A stretch of 64,000 bases of DNA. Source: Guillardia theta CCMP2712. Lineage: Eukaryota; Protista; Cryptophyta. The number at the start of each line of letters is the position of its first letter. Within the stretch, counting starts at the first letter, position 1. The position numbers and the translations under genes were made by a program. The notes beneath the pieces were generated by a model that worked only from the letters and a program-made list of their open reading frames with translations, had not been told where the DNA came from and did no database searches. Location of the stretch: the NCBI RefSeq assembly GCF_000315625.1, contig NW_005434618.1:207038-271037 (forward strand), given 5' to 3'. Shown here piece after piece: positions 1-12,000 of this stretch.

Positions 1-3000
1 ACCAAGATTCTTTGTGTGTCTCCTCCTCTTCCGCAAAGCGTAGGCAGGACTTGGGTATCGATCAGTTTGAACGATGGTGTAGACTTCACCTCAAGTAACA
101 CCCTAGTATCGACAAGCAGCAAGATCGATGTAAAGAGTGTGTGGCCGTCCACAGGAGGTACAGATGGAGACATGGTGATTACAATCTTTGGTGCGATGTT
201 CTATCCGCGCCAGCATCGTCTTGACTGCTGGTTCGGCTTCCGAGTGAGCACTCCAGCCCTCTATTCCAGCTCTACTCTGGTCAAGTGTGCCGTGCCGAAG
301 CTCCTTCCCGGTACCGTCGCTGTGTACTTGGGCGATGAGCAGGGCATACATGGCAATAGCAACGGTCAATACACGGTCGTAAGTAGGGGACATGTCCATG
401 CAGTCGAGCCGAGCAGCGGGCCGGTGACAGGAGGTACCGCCGTCGTCATGAGCGTGCGAGGAGGTGCAGGCTTTGCGTCAGCTATCTTCTGTCGTATTGG
501 GGAAGGTCAGGTGGTGCAGGCCCAAGCGCTCAGCAGCTCCAGGATCCTTTGCACCATGCCGGCTGTACAGAAGAGCGGGACAGTGCTGATACGGGCAGTA
601 GAGGGAGCCCAAGGGTCGAGTAGGGGCCTTGAGGGAGAAGTGAGGTATGTTTACTACAATGAGCCTGTGGTGACTCGCGTGGAGCCAAGCAGTGGCGCTC
701 TGGAAGGGGGTACCATGCTGAGCCTGTATGGGCGGGGGCTGGAAGAAGGCAGCAATCTAACGTGCAGGTTCGGGACCGGAGATGCGGTCGCAGGCCGGCA
801 AGAGACTTCTACGATGGCCACCTGTGTTGCACCCCCGCGCCCAGTCAAGGACGTCGTCTGGTTGCAGGTGAGCCTCAACGGAGGCGCGGACTTCTCCGGA
901 TCTGCAGTCGAGTACGCATATGAGGCCGGGGCTACGGTGGACGAGGTGAGGCCGTCCGCGGGAGATAGCGGGGTCGACGGTCAGACCGTGACCGTGATAG
1001 GCCGCCACTTCGGGTCGGGACAAGGGCTGAGCTGCTTGTTCGGGACAAGGGGGCGGGTACGGGGCATGCCGATGACGTCGACGGCGGTAGTCTGTGTAGC
1101 GCCGAGAGGGGGTCCGGGGGCGGTCGGGGTATCGGTGAGCAACAACGGAGTGGATGAAGGGCAAACAAGGGGCGGGTTCGTGTACAGCGGTGATCTTAAG
1201 GTAATACGCAAGGTCACCCCAAGCTCAGGGCCGTTGGCTGGGGGTACCAACGTGACCATAGCAGTCGACGGTTTGCGTCGGGCGGCGTTGTCATGGACGA
1301 CAGAGAGACCTTGGGGTTGCGTTTTTGGAACCTCAGTCGTGCAAGCACAAGCTTTGACCACGTCGCTGATCAGCTGTAAGTCGCCTACAAGCTTGCGGGC
1401 AGGAGAAACGAAGATGTCGTTGGTGGACGATCTTGGTAACGTCGTTGTCAAGGGCAAGTCTGCATTCGTCTACTACGAGGGGCCAGAGGTAAGCTCGGTG
1501 GTGCCCAGCATAGGGAGACAGACGGGAGGTATGGTGGTAAGTGTCGTGGGCCAGGGCCTCATATCCCGAGATCCCGTTTGTCAATTTGGCCCGTCCATAG
1601 TCCAGGGCAAGGACGTTACGAGCCTTAGCTCATCATTGCTGCTATGTACCACGCCCGCATCACTGCTTGGCAGTACGGTAGTCAGGCTGCAGGTGAGCCT
1701 CAACGGAGGCGCGGACTTCTCCGGATCTGCAGTCGAGTACGCATATGAGGCCGGGGCTACGGTGGACGAGGTGAGGCCGTCCGCGGGAGATAGCGGGGTC
1801 GACGGGCAGACCGTGACGGTGATAGGCCGCCACTTCGGGTCGGGACAAGGGCTGAGCTGCTTGTTCGGGACAAGGGGGCGGGTACGGGGCATGCCGATGA
1901 CGTCGACGGCGGTAGTCTGTGTAGCGCCGAGAGGGGGTCCGGGGGCGGTCGGGGTATCGGTGAGCAACAACGGAGTAGAAGGAGAGACCGCTAGCGGCAT
2001 CGTCAGCGTGAGGTATGAGTACCGCTCAGGGATGTCAGCAAAGTCCGTGGTACCTAGTCAGGGACCGTCAGTGGGAGGAACGGTCGTGAGAGTGATGCTT
2101 GAAGGGACGATCGGAGGTGAGGACGGGACTGGGGAGTGGCTCTGTGTATTCGGAGACTCTATGAGCCGCGGGCAATTGAACGTGTCATCGCCGGACAACG
2201 CTTCCGTGGCATGCAATCTGCCACCATCGATGCCCTCTACCGTCTCTGTACAAGTGCGACGACCGAGTGGACAGAAGCTATTAGGGGACCTAAGGTTCCA
2301 GTACGTACTTCAAGCCAGGCTCATAAGTGTATCTCCAAGTCAAGGTGGAGCAGGGGGAGGATCGAGGGTGACCATCACAGGAGAGGGAATCGGGCGAGAG
2401 GGGCTGAGGTGCTGGTTTGGGGACAAGGCCGTGGAGGGGAGAGGCGTGGAGTGGATATCGTCGAGTCTAATCAATTGTTTAGTGCCTGATTTTGGGCGTG
2501 TTCAACAATATATTTTTGTGCAGGTTCGCTGGTTTGATTCCTATATTCAAGACTCAATATCGAGTGTACAGTCTACCAGAGGTTTACAGTATAATGCCCT
2601 CGATGCTACATGCCGGCACTAAATCTTCAGCAGTGACCTTGACGGGTCATTTTGGAGTCTCTCCAGGCCCATTGTTTTGCAGAGTCTCAGGAACGAGTCT
2701 GTTCCCTGCAGAGATAATGTCAATTTCCCACGTTCGTTGCCAGATTTTCTCGAAAGTCACGGGTACGTTCGTAATGGATTTGGCATATTCTCTAGGGGAT
2801 CGTCTCGCACAATTTGTCAAGGTTTTGTTTGTTCCCCAGCTTTGTAGATTTTCTATGGTGCCTACATCGGGACCTGATTCAGGAAGTACACGGATAAGGA
2901 TTTCACTCCATGATTGCCATTTTTCGAGATCTGCTGCTGTGTCTTTTGGCTTTCAGAGAACGAGCTCGTCTCAACTTACCTCCACGCTTTTGATATGCTA

Positions 3001-6000
3001 TAGCCCTGCTTTGACTTCTGACGCGAATACTTCTGTACGTGTCCAATTGTCTTCGCCCTCGTCTGGAATTCCTCTCACACTAGGGCAGCTATTTGTCTAT
3101 TTCAAGACTCCGGTGGTGTCAAAGGTGTTTCCTTCATTTGACACGATACTGGGAAGGTCGAGTGTGCTTATTGAAGGGGTTGAATTTCCACCGGCTAGCA
3201 TTGCGTGCAAGTTTGGTCAACGAGTTTCAAACGAATCTGAATGGTTGTCTTCATCGGCGCTGTCGTGCACCGTACCACCAACAGATGCCACGCAAACTGT
3301 CAAACTCTATGTGANNNNNNNNNNNNNNNNNNNNNNNNNNNNNNNNNNNNNNNNNNNNNNNNNNNNNNNNNNNNNNNNNNNNNNNNNNNNNNNNNNNNNN
3401 NNNNNNNNNNNNNNATTCCCAGGTAGATTTCATGTACACTGCACTGATGACCACAACACGAATCGTACCNNNNNNNNNNNNNNNNNNNNNNNNNNNNNNN
3501 NNNNNNNNNNNNNNNNNNNNNNNNNNNNNNNNNNNNNNNNNNNNNNNNNNNNNNNNNNNNNNNNNNNNNNNNNNNNNNNNNNNNCATCTTCAGCATCGTA
3601 AGTGTACAATTAATCAATTGGTTCCAGGGCGTTACACTCTGAAAGTCAGTAGTGAAGGTACTTCATTCCGAGATAGAAATGGTCCAGTGTTGGAGGTTTT
3701 GCCCAGGTCTGGTCGTTTATTGCTATGGCCAACTTTAGGACCTGTGTTGGGTGGAACAAGAATATGGTTGTCGTTTGTAGATCCCATGGATTATAACGAA
3801 ATTCTGGTGGTGAAATTTGGTACAATTGAGGTGGTAGGTAAACTGTACAACCATTCTCATATCTTGCTTGTGGCTCCACCGTCAAAGGCTCGATCCCCGT
3901 GCGTTGTACAAGTGCAGTCATCACTTCCCTATCCAATATCTACCCGATATCAGTATTACCTCCCTCCAATGGTCAATGGCATCTCTCCATCTGTTGGGCA
4001 TGTTGGCGATTCTGACATTCGGATATATATATCTGGAACTTTATTCCAACCTGACTTGCTTAGGGTAAGGTTCGGAACAGAAACATTAGATGCTAAAAAG
4101 ACTACTTTCGTAACTTCCACCTTGCTGCTCTGTAGTGCACCTATCGTATATCATGAACGAGTGGTACATGTCACTTTTACGGTTGATGGTCAAGAATACC
4201 TTGATGGTGTAGAAGTCTCAAGATTCGTCTATGTAAAGACTCCTCAGGTTTTCGAAGTAGTGCACAACCATTGCATCAGAGATGAGGATTTGATTACAGT
4301 TGTTGGAGACAGCTTTTCAGAACTGTCAGTTTCTGAATGTCGATTTGCACATAGAACGACAACTCGTGGCTTTCTGATGTCTTCTTCAGCGATAACATGC
4401 TCTGTGCCACAAATTTCCTACAAGCAAACTCTGCTCAACATTGTGGTTGATGGAAGGAAGATCTTCAAGTCTGAAATTTCAAAATGTCAGCGCGATGGAG
4501 TCAGAATACATCCAAGTCTTGGTCCCAGCACCGGAGGATCCCAAATATTGGTGGAGAGCCAACATCAAGAAATGCGCCCTCGTGACCCAGTACGGTGCTG
4601 GTTCAGACAATCTGTAGTACAAGGGAGATGGATAGCCTCAAACAAAGTTGAATGTATTTCACCTCCTTTCTCAGGTCTACATAATTCCACAGAAGCTGTA
4701 ACACTGTCAGTTATCAGCGGAAGCTACAAAATGGAATCCATATTCTTATACTTTGTACCATCCCAAATATACGACATTACCCCAAGGACAACTTATGCCG
4801 GCACATCTCAAACATTGACAGTGATTGGACAGGCATTTCATGGCGAGCTTGTGCCATCTTGCATCTTCAATCGCTTGACGAGAAGAAGCGATGTGAAAAC
4901 ATTGTCATCAACAAAACTCGTGTGCAATGTCGGCAACTTGCAGGCATCAAATTATTTCCTTACAATTGAGTACAAGTACACAGGTAATCAAAGTTCAACG
5001 AACCCGATTTTGATCGAGCTCCTGAAGCCTCCACAAATTGAATCACTGACCTCCGAGATGAAAACTAGCAACCCCCCGATCATACAATTGAGAGGCAAAC
5101 ATTTCAATCCGTACCAGCATCGTCTTGACTGCTGGTTCGGCTTCCGAGTGAGCACTCCAGCCCTCTATTCCAGCTCTACTCTGGTCAAGTGTGCCGTGCC
5201 GAAGCTCCTTCCCGGTACCGTCGCTGTTTACTTGGGCGATGAGCAGGGCATACATGGCAATAGCAACGGTCAATACACGGTCGTAAGTAGGGGACATGTC
5301 CATGCAGTCGAGCCGAGCAGCGGGCCGGTGACAGGAGGTACCGCCGTCGTCATGAGCGTGCGAGGAGGTGCAGGCTTTGCGTCAGCTATCTTCTGTCGTA
5401 TTGGGGAAGGTCAGGTGGTGCAGGCCCAAGCGCTCAGCAGCTCCAGGATCCTTTGCACCATGCCGGCTGTACAGAAGAGCGGGACAGTGCTGATACGGGC
5501 AGTAGAGGGAGCCCAAGGGTCGAGTAGGGGCCTTGAGGGAGAAGTGAGGTATGTTTACTACAATGAGCCTGTGGTGACTCGCGTGGAGCCAAGCAGTGGC
5601 GCTCTGGAAGGGGGTACCATGCTGAGCCTGTATGGGCGGGGGCTGGAAGAAGGCAGCAATCTAACGTGCAGGTTCGGGACCGGAGATGCGGTCGCAGGCC
5701 GGCAAGAGACTTCTACGATGGCCACCTGTGTTGCACCCCCGCGCCCAGTCAAGGACGTCGTCTGGTTGCAGGTGAGCCTCAACGGAGGCGCGGACTTCTC
5801 CGGATCTGCAGTCGAGTACGCATATGAGGCCGGGGCTACGGTGGACGAGGTGAGGCCGTCCGCGGGAGATAGCGGGGTCGACGGTCAGACCGTGACCGTG
5901 ATAGGCCGCCACTTCGGGTCGGGACAAGGGCTGAGCTGCTTGTTCGGGACAAGGGGGCGGGTACGGGGCATGCCGATGACGTCGACGGCGGTAGTCTGTG

Positions 6001-9000
6001 TAGCGCCGAGAGGGGGTCCGGGGGCGGTCGGGGTATCGGTGAGCAACAACGGAGTGGATGAAGGGCAAACAAGGGGCGGGTTCGTGTACAGCGGTGATCT
6101 TAAGGTAATACGCAAGGTCACCCCAAGCTCAGGGCCGTTGGCTGGGGGTACCAACGTGACCATAGCAGTCGACGGTTTGCGTCGGGCGGCGTTGTCATGG
6201 ACGACAGAGAGACCTTTGTGGTGTTTATTCCGGGGAATTTCGGAAAACAGAAACGCAGTAAGGGGACGGGCTTTGACCACGTCGCTGATCAGCTGTAAGT
6301 CGCCTACAAGCTTGCGGGCAGGAGAAACGAAGATAGAGATAGAACTGTCCAACCATGGTCCAACATTGAGTATAGAGTCTGCATTCGTCTACTACGAGGG
6401 GCCAGAGGTGAGCTCGGTGGTGCCCAGCATAGGGAGACAGACGGGAGGTATGGTGGTAAGTGTCGTGGGCCAGGGCCTCATATCCCGAGATCCCGTTTGT
6501 CAATTTGGCCCGTCCATAGTCCAGGGCAAGGACGTTACGAGCCTTAGCTCATCATTGCTGCTATGTACCACGCCCGCATCACTGCTTGGCAGTACGGTAG
6601 TCAGGCTGCAGGTGAGCCTCAACGGAGGCGCGGACTTCTCCGGATCTGCAGTCGAGTACGCATATGAGGCCGGGGCTACGGTGGACGAGGTGAGGCCGTC
6701 CGCGGGAGATAGCGGGGTCGACGGTCAGACCGTGACGGTGATAGGCCGCCACTTCGGGTCGGGACAAGGGCTGAGCTGCTTGTTCGGGACAAGGGGGCGG
6801 GTACGGGGCATGCCGATGACGTCGACGGCGGTAGTCTGTGTAGCGCCGAGAGGGGGTCCGGGGGCGGTCGGGGTATCGGTGAGCAACAACGGAGTGGATG
6901 AAGGGCAAACAAGGGGCGGGTTCGTGTACAGCGGTGATCTTAAGGTAATACGCAAGGTCACCCCAAGCTCAGGGCCGTTGGCTGGGGGTACCAACGTGAC
7001 CATAGCAGTCGACGGTTTGCGTCGGGCGGCGTTGTCATGGACGACAGAGAGACCTTGGGGTTGCGTTTTTGGAACCTCAGTCGTGCAAGCACAAGCTTTG
7101 ACCACGTCGCTGATCAGCTGTAAGTCGCCTACAAGCTTGCGGGCAGGAGAAACGAAGATGTCGTTGGTGGACGATCTTGGTAACGTCGTTGTCAAGGGCA
7201 AGTCTGCATTCGTCTACTACGAGGGGCCAGAGGTAAGCTCGGTGGTGCCCAGCATAGGGAGACAGACGGGAGGTATGGTGGTAAGTGTCGTGGGCCAGGG
7301 CCTCATATCCCGAGATCCCGTTTGTCAATTTGGCCCGTCCATAGTCCAGGGCAAGGACGTTACGAGCCTTAGCTCATCATTGCTGCTATGTACCACGCCC
7401 GCATCACTGCTTGGCAGTACGGTAGTCAGGCTGCAGGTGAGCCTCAACGGAGGCGCGGACTTCTCCGGATCTGCAGTCGAGTACGCATATGAGGCCGGGG
7501 CTACGGTGGACGAGGTGAGGCCGTCCGCGGGAGATAGCGGGGTCGACGGGCAGACCGTGACGGTGATAGGCCGCCACTTCGGGTCGGGACAAGGGCTGAG
7601 CTGCTTGTTCGGGACAAGGGGGCGGGTACGGGGCATGCCGATGACGTCGACGGCGGTAGTCTGTGTAGCGCCGAGAGGGGGTCCGGGGGCGGTCGGGGTA
7701 TCGGTGAGCAACAACGGAGTAGAAGGAGAGACCGCTAGCGGCATCGTCAGCGTGAGGTATGAGTACCGCTCAGGGATGTCAGCAAAGTCCGTGGTACCTA
7801 GTCAGGGACCGTCAGTGGGAGGAACGGTCGTGAGAGTGATGCTTGAAGGGACGATCGGAGGTGAGGACGGGACTGGGGAGTGGCTCTGTGTATTCGGAGA
7901 CTCTATGAGCCGCGGGCAATTGAACGTGTCATCGCCGGACAACGCTTCCGTGGCATGCAATCTGCCACCATCGATGCCCTCTACCGTCTCTGTACAAGTG
8001 CGACGACCGAGTGGACAGAAGCTATTAGGGGACCTAAGGTTCCAGTACGTACTTCAAGCCAGGCTCATAAGTGTATCTCCAAGTCAAGGTGGAGCAGGGG
8101 GAGGATCGAGGGTGACCATCACAGGAGAGGGAATCGGGCGAGAGGGGCTGAGGTGCTGGTTTGGGGACAAGGCCGTGGAGGGGAGAGGCGTGGAGTGGAT
8201 ATCGTCGAGTCTAATCAATTGTTTAGTGCCTGATTTTGGGCGTGTTCAACAATATATTTTTGTGCAGGTTCGCTGGTTTGATTCCTATATTCAAGACTCT
8301 CTTTTGTACCATGTACTGGAATCGCATGTCTCTTCTATATGGCCGTTGGCGTTCTGTTCGAAATCGAATAAGCAGTTTATCAATGTTCTTGGAGTTTTCA
8401 TGACTCGAGATTTCTCGTGCAAGTTTGGCGCTGATGTTGTTTCAGCCAAGGTTGTATCCTCTTCAATGTTGAAATGCCATGTTCCACCAATGGTGCAAAG
8501 TGGTCCGCTTCAAATTCTCTCAGGAGATTACATTCTTTTTGAACAGTGGTTGGTGCTGGTCGAGTTTTGCTCTCTTGAGGTTATTCCCTCCAGAGTGGTG
8601 GATGGGCACAGTTCACAAATAACCATTTTTGGTCTGTTGAATCCAACATATATTTATCGTGGTCAATTCAATGATATGTCGATTCCAGTTCAATTTCAAA
8701 AAGATCATTTTGTTGCAGTTATTCCTCCATTAATCAGTTTTGGCGGAATATATCAATTTGCAGTTTATGATTCTATTCACAATCATACGATTGGAATCAC
8801 AAGTATTGAGGTGTTTTCTCCTCCCACTGTCTCATTCATCCATCCATCTTGTGGACAAGTCAAAGGAGAATTTGCTGTTGGAATTTATGGTGCACATTTC
8901 TTCAACGCGAGAGTTACGATTGGAAGTGTCGTTGTACCGAGCAAACTTATGACGTCTTCTCTGATTAGATGTGTGATACCACCAGTCGAAATTGCTGGAA

Positions 9001-12000
9001 GTTATCAACTTGAAGTAATGTTTTCCAAAGGAAATGCAGTTCATAACAATTCGAAGGTCATTCTTCTTGAAAAATCACCAAAAATTTTTGGGATTCATCC
9101 CAATCCGATAGAAAATCCAACCTTAGGAAAACTCCTTACTGTATTTGGAGAAAATCTCCATTCTAATCTGCATTGCATGTATGGAAATATTACCACTCTT
9201 GCTCTTTCGAGCCCTTCATCATCAATTCTGCAATGCAGCTTGCCCTCATTAAAAGTCGGAGTTTTATCTTTCTCTGTATCTTCTACAGGTTACTTGGATC
9301 CGAATGCAGATCATCAGTCATTACTTATTCTATTTACCAATCTTAGAATTGTTTCTGTTTATCCAGCTTTATTGCATTCTGGGTATCGCAATTTTGTTCT
9401 TCTCAAAATATATCCAACAAAAACGATTTTTAGTGATAATCTGTTTTGTTTGATCAATGATACGGAAGTCAGCAAAGCTTCTGTCTTGAACTCAACAGTT
9501 GTTTCATGTGAATTGTATCCGTTTGTGGAAGGAAAAGTCAAAATCAGTCTTTGTTATAAAGATCATTGTGATGCATCCAATCACGCCAACACAATTTCAG
9601 TCATTCCTCCTATGAAAATTCATGAGGTCATTCCATCAATAGGACCCATTGGAGGAAATTTCAGAATTTCCATCTATGGACAACATTTCATTCCTAACCA
9701 TGTCAACTGCTTCTTTGGAAACTATCAGCCTCTGCGTAATGAGTGGATCAGTAGCACTTTGATTACCTGCATGGCATCGCCAATGCCACCAGGCCGAGCT
9801 CACCTTCAAATTTCTACCAATCATGGCGGAAAGCTTGTTGCAAGCCTGGCTATAGAATTTGTTGATCAGCCCGTCATCACAGCAATACAGCCTACACATG
9901 TTCTCCTTTCGAGCAGTAGTAGACAGGTTGTTACGCTGTATGGACAGCATTTCATTGACAAAGAGATGATGTTATGTCGCTTTGGGCAACGAAAGACAGT
10001 GCGAGCTCAGGTGGTACAAGACAACAAGGTTTTGTGTGTGATCCCTGATGATCTTCAACCAGGAAACTCCAGTGTAGAGCTTGTTTATCATGCATCTGTA
10101 ATAATCTCAAACCCATATGCAATCAACTTTCAAGAATCTGTGGCAGTTTATGAATTCTATCCAAAACGGATCAAATTTAGACATCAACTCATTACGGTAA
10201 TTGGCACAAGTTTTGACACACAGCAGATGACATATTGCGTCTTCGAGAATGCCCCGAAAAATAAAGCAACCACTTTGTCCTCTACCATGCTATTGTGTGC
10301 AGTTCCTTCGATAAAATCTATTTCACAGTTCTATCTTGAGATGAATGGGAATGTCATCAATTCCTTTGGGGGTAACATTTACAGCGAAAGCATGGAAATC
10401 AATTTTGTATTTCCTTCAATCTGTGCAACATCAAAAGAATCTATTGTGACAATCTATGGTAAAAATTTTGATGTGAGCGACAATTTTCAATGCGCTTTTG
10501 GCAACTTTGTCAATTTTGCTAGTGTTTTATCTTCAACTACATTCGCATGTAGGTGTCCATCTGCGTCTTGGAGTCCCGATTCATCGTCATTGCAGATCTG
10601 GAGGCCGGAAGACCCTCAAAACCCGACTACTTTTGCGATCGACTTGATTCCTCTTCCAAGTGTAGAATCAAAAGTGATAGATGTGAAGATCTGCAAGCAT
10701 CAGCATTTTTTTGTGTCGGGAAGCAATTTTTTTAAACTTTCTTTGCTTGCCTGTAGGTATAACAAAAAGCAAACGATCAAGGCTTTTCACATTTCTTCAA
10801 CCCTAATTTCTTGCTCCATTCCTTCAACTGTGACACCAATTAGTTTTCTGGATGTAACAAACGATGGGATACATTACAGCGCCGAGATCGTTCAGATTTC
10901 GATAGACATGACGAAATATGAAACTATTCTTGACTTAGTCCCAAGCATTGGTTTTGTCAGCGGTGGCACTCGTGTATACCTTCAAACCAGCCACCCTGTG
11001 AGATCCGAGGCCTTTAGCCATTGTGTTTTTGGTGACGCTAGTGTGGTACAAGTCCAAAAGAATGCACAAGATCAATATTTCTGTGTTACTCCAGCACACA
11101 AGCAAGGTAGTGTCGAAGTTCGAGTTGTGCAGAAGGACTCATCGTCATATGGAGGTCGTCAACCAGGCCCTTCCCTTTCGTTCTTGTACGTCGATGAGCC
11201 GGAGGTCACTGGAATCTACCCTAGTCTTATCAAATCTGGTAAACAGACGCTGATCTCCATAACTGGGCGCAATCTGCTTATGCCAGAGGCCTTTTGCAGC
11301 TTTGGCAACACAGGAAGCACTCGGGGGCGTGCCATGACGAGCACTCTACTTACCTGCATGGCACCGCCAATGCCACCAGGCCGATCATATTTACAAATCT
11401 CACCCAATCAAGTGGACGTTTTTGAAACTTCGGTCATAGTGAGCTGGCGAGATCTCATTGTATATTCCATCCGTCCTTCTGTAGTTCGTAACGGAGAAGG
11501 GACTCGTGTCGTAGTAGCGGGGCAGTTCCATGAATGCAAAGAGCTTTATTGTAGGTTTGGTTCCGAGCAGAAATCAGCTGCTGTGTATTCCTCGGCAACC
11601 GCAATCATATGCACAACTCCATCGTTGCAGCCTGGGAATCATACTGTTTCAGTGCTGTGTGACGGCACTTGGATCTCCAGCAGCTACACTCAGATTCAAA
11701 TATTGCATTCTGATATTGTAATGAGCCTCATCCCAAGCATAGGTTTTGTCAGCGGTGGCACTCGTGTACACCTTCAAACCAGCCACCCTGTGAGATCCGA
11801 GGCCTTTAGCCATTGTGTTTTTGGTGACGCTAGTGTGGTACAAGTCCAAAAGAATGCACAAGATCAATATTTCTGTGTTACTCCAGCACACAAGCAAGGT
11901 AGTGTCGAAGTTCGAGTTGTGCAGAAGGACTCATCGTCATATGGAGGTCGTCAACCAGGCCCTTCCCTTTCGTTCTTGTACGTCGATGAGCCGGAGGTCA

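Noticed and set aside
3241-3617. ORFs and the listed start at 3432 spanning N runs
   Set aside because: Frames across gaps of estimated length carry no information.
6217-6375. Diversity-generating retroelement template/variable repeat pair
   Set aside because: Differences are block replacements, not adenine-specific substitutions, and no reverse transcriptase is present.
103-8233. Many recurring antisense and alternate-frame ORFs of 60-160 aa
   Set aside because: Shadows of GC-rich coding repeats; they recur only because the DNA is duplicated.
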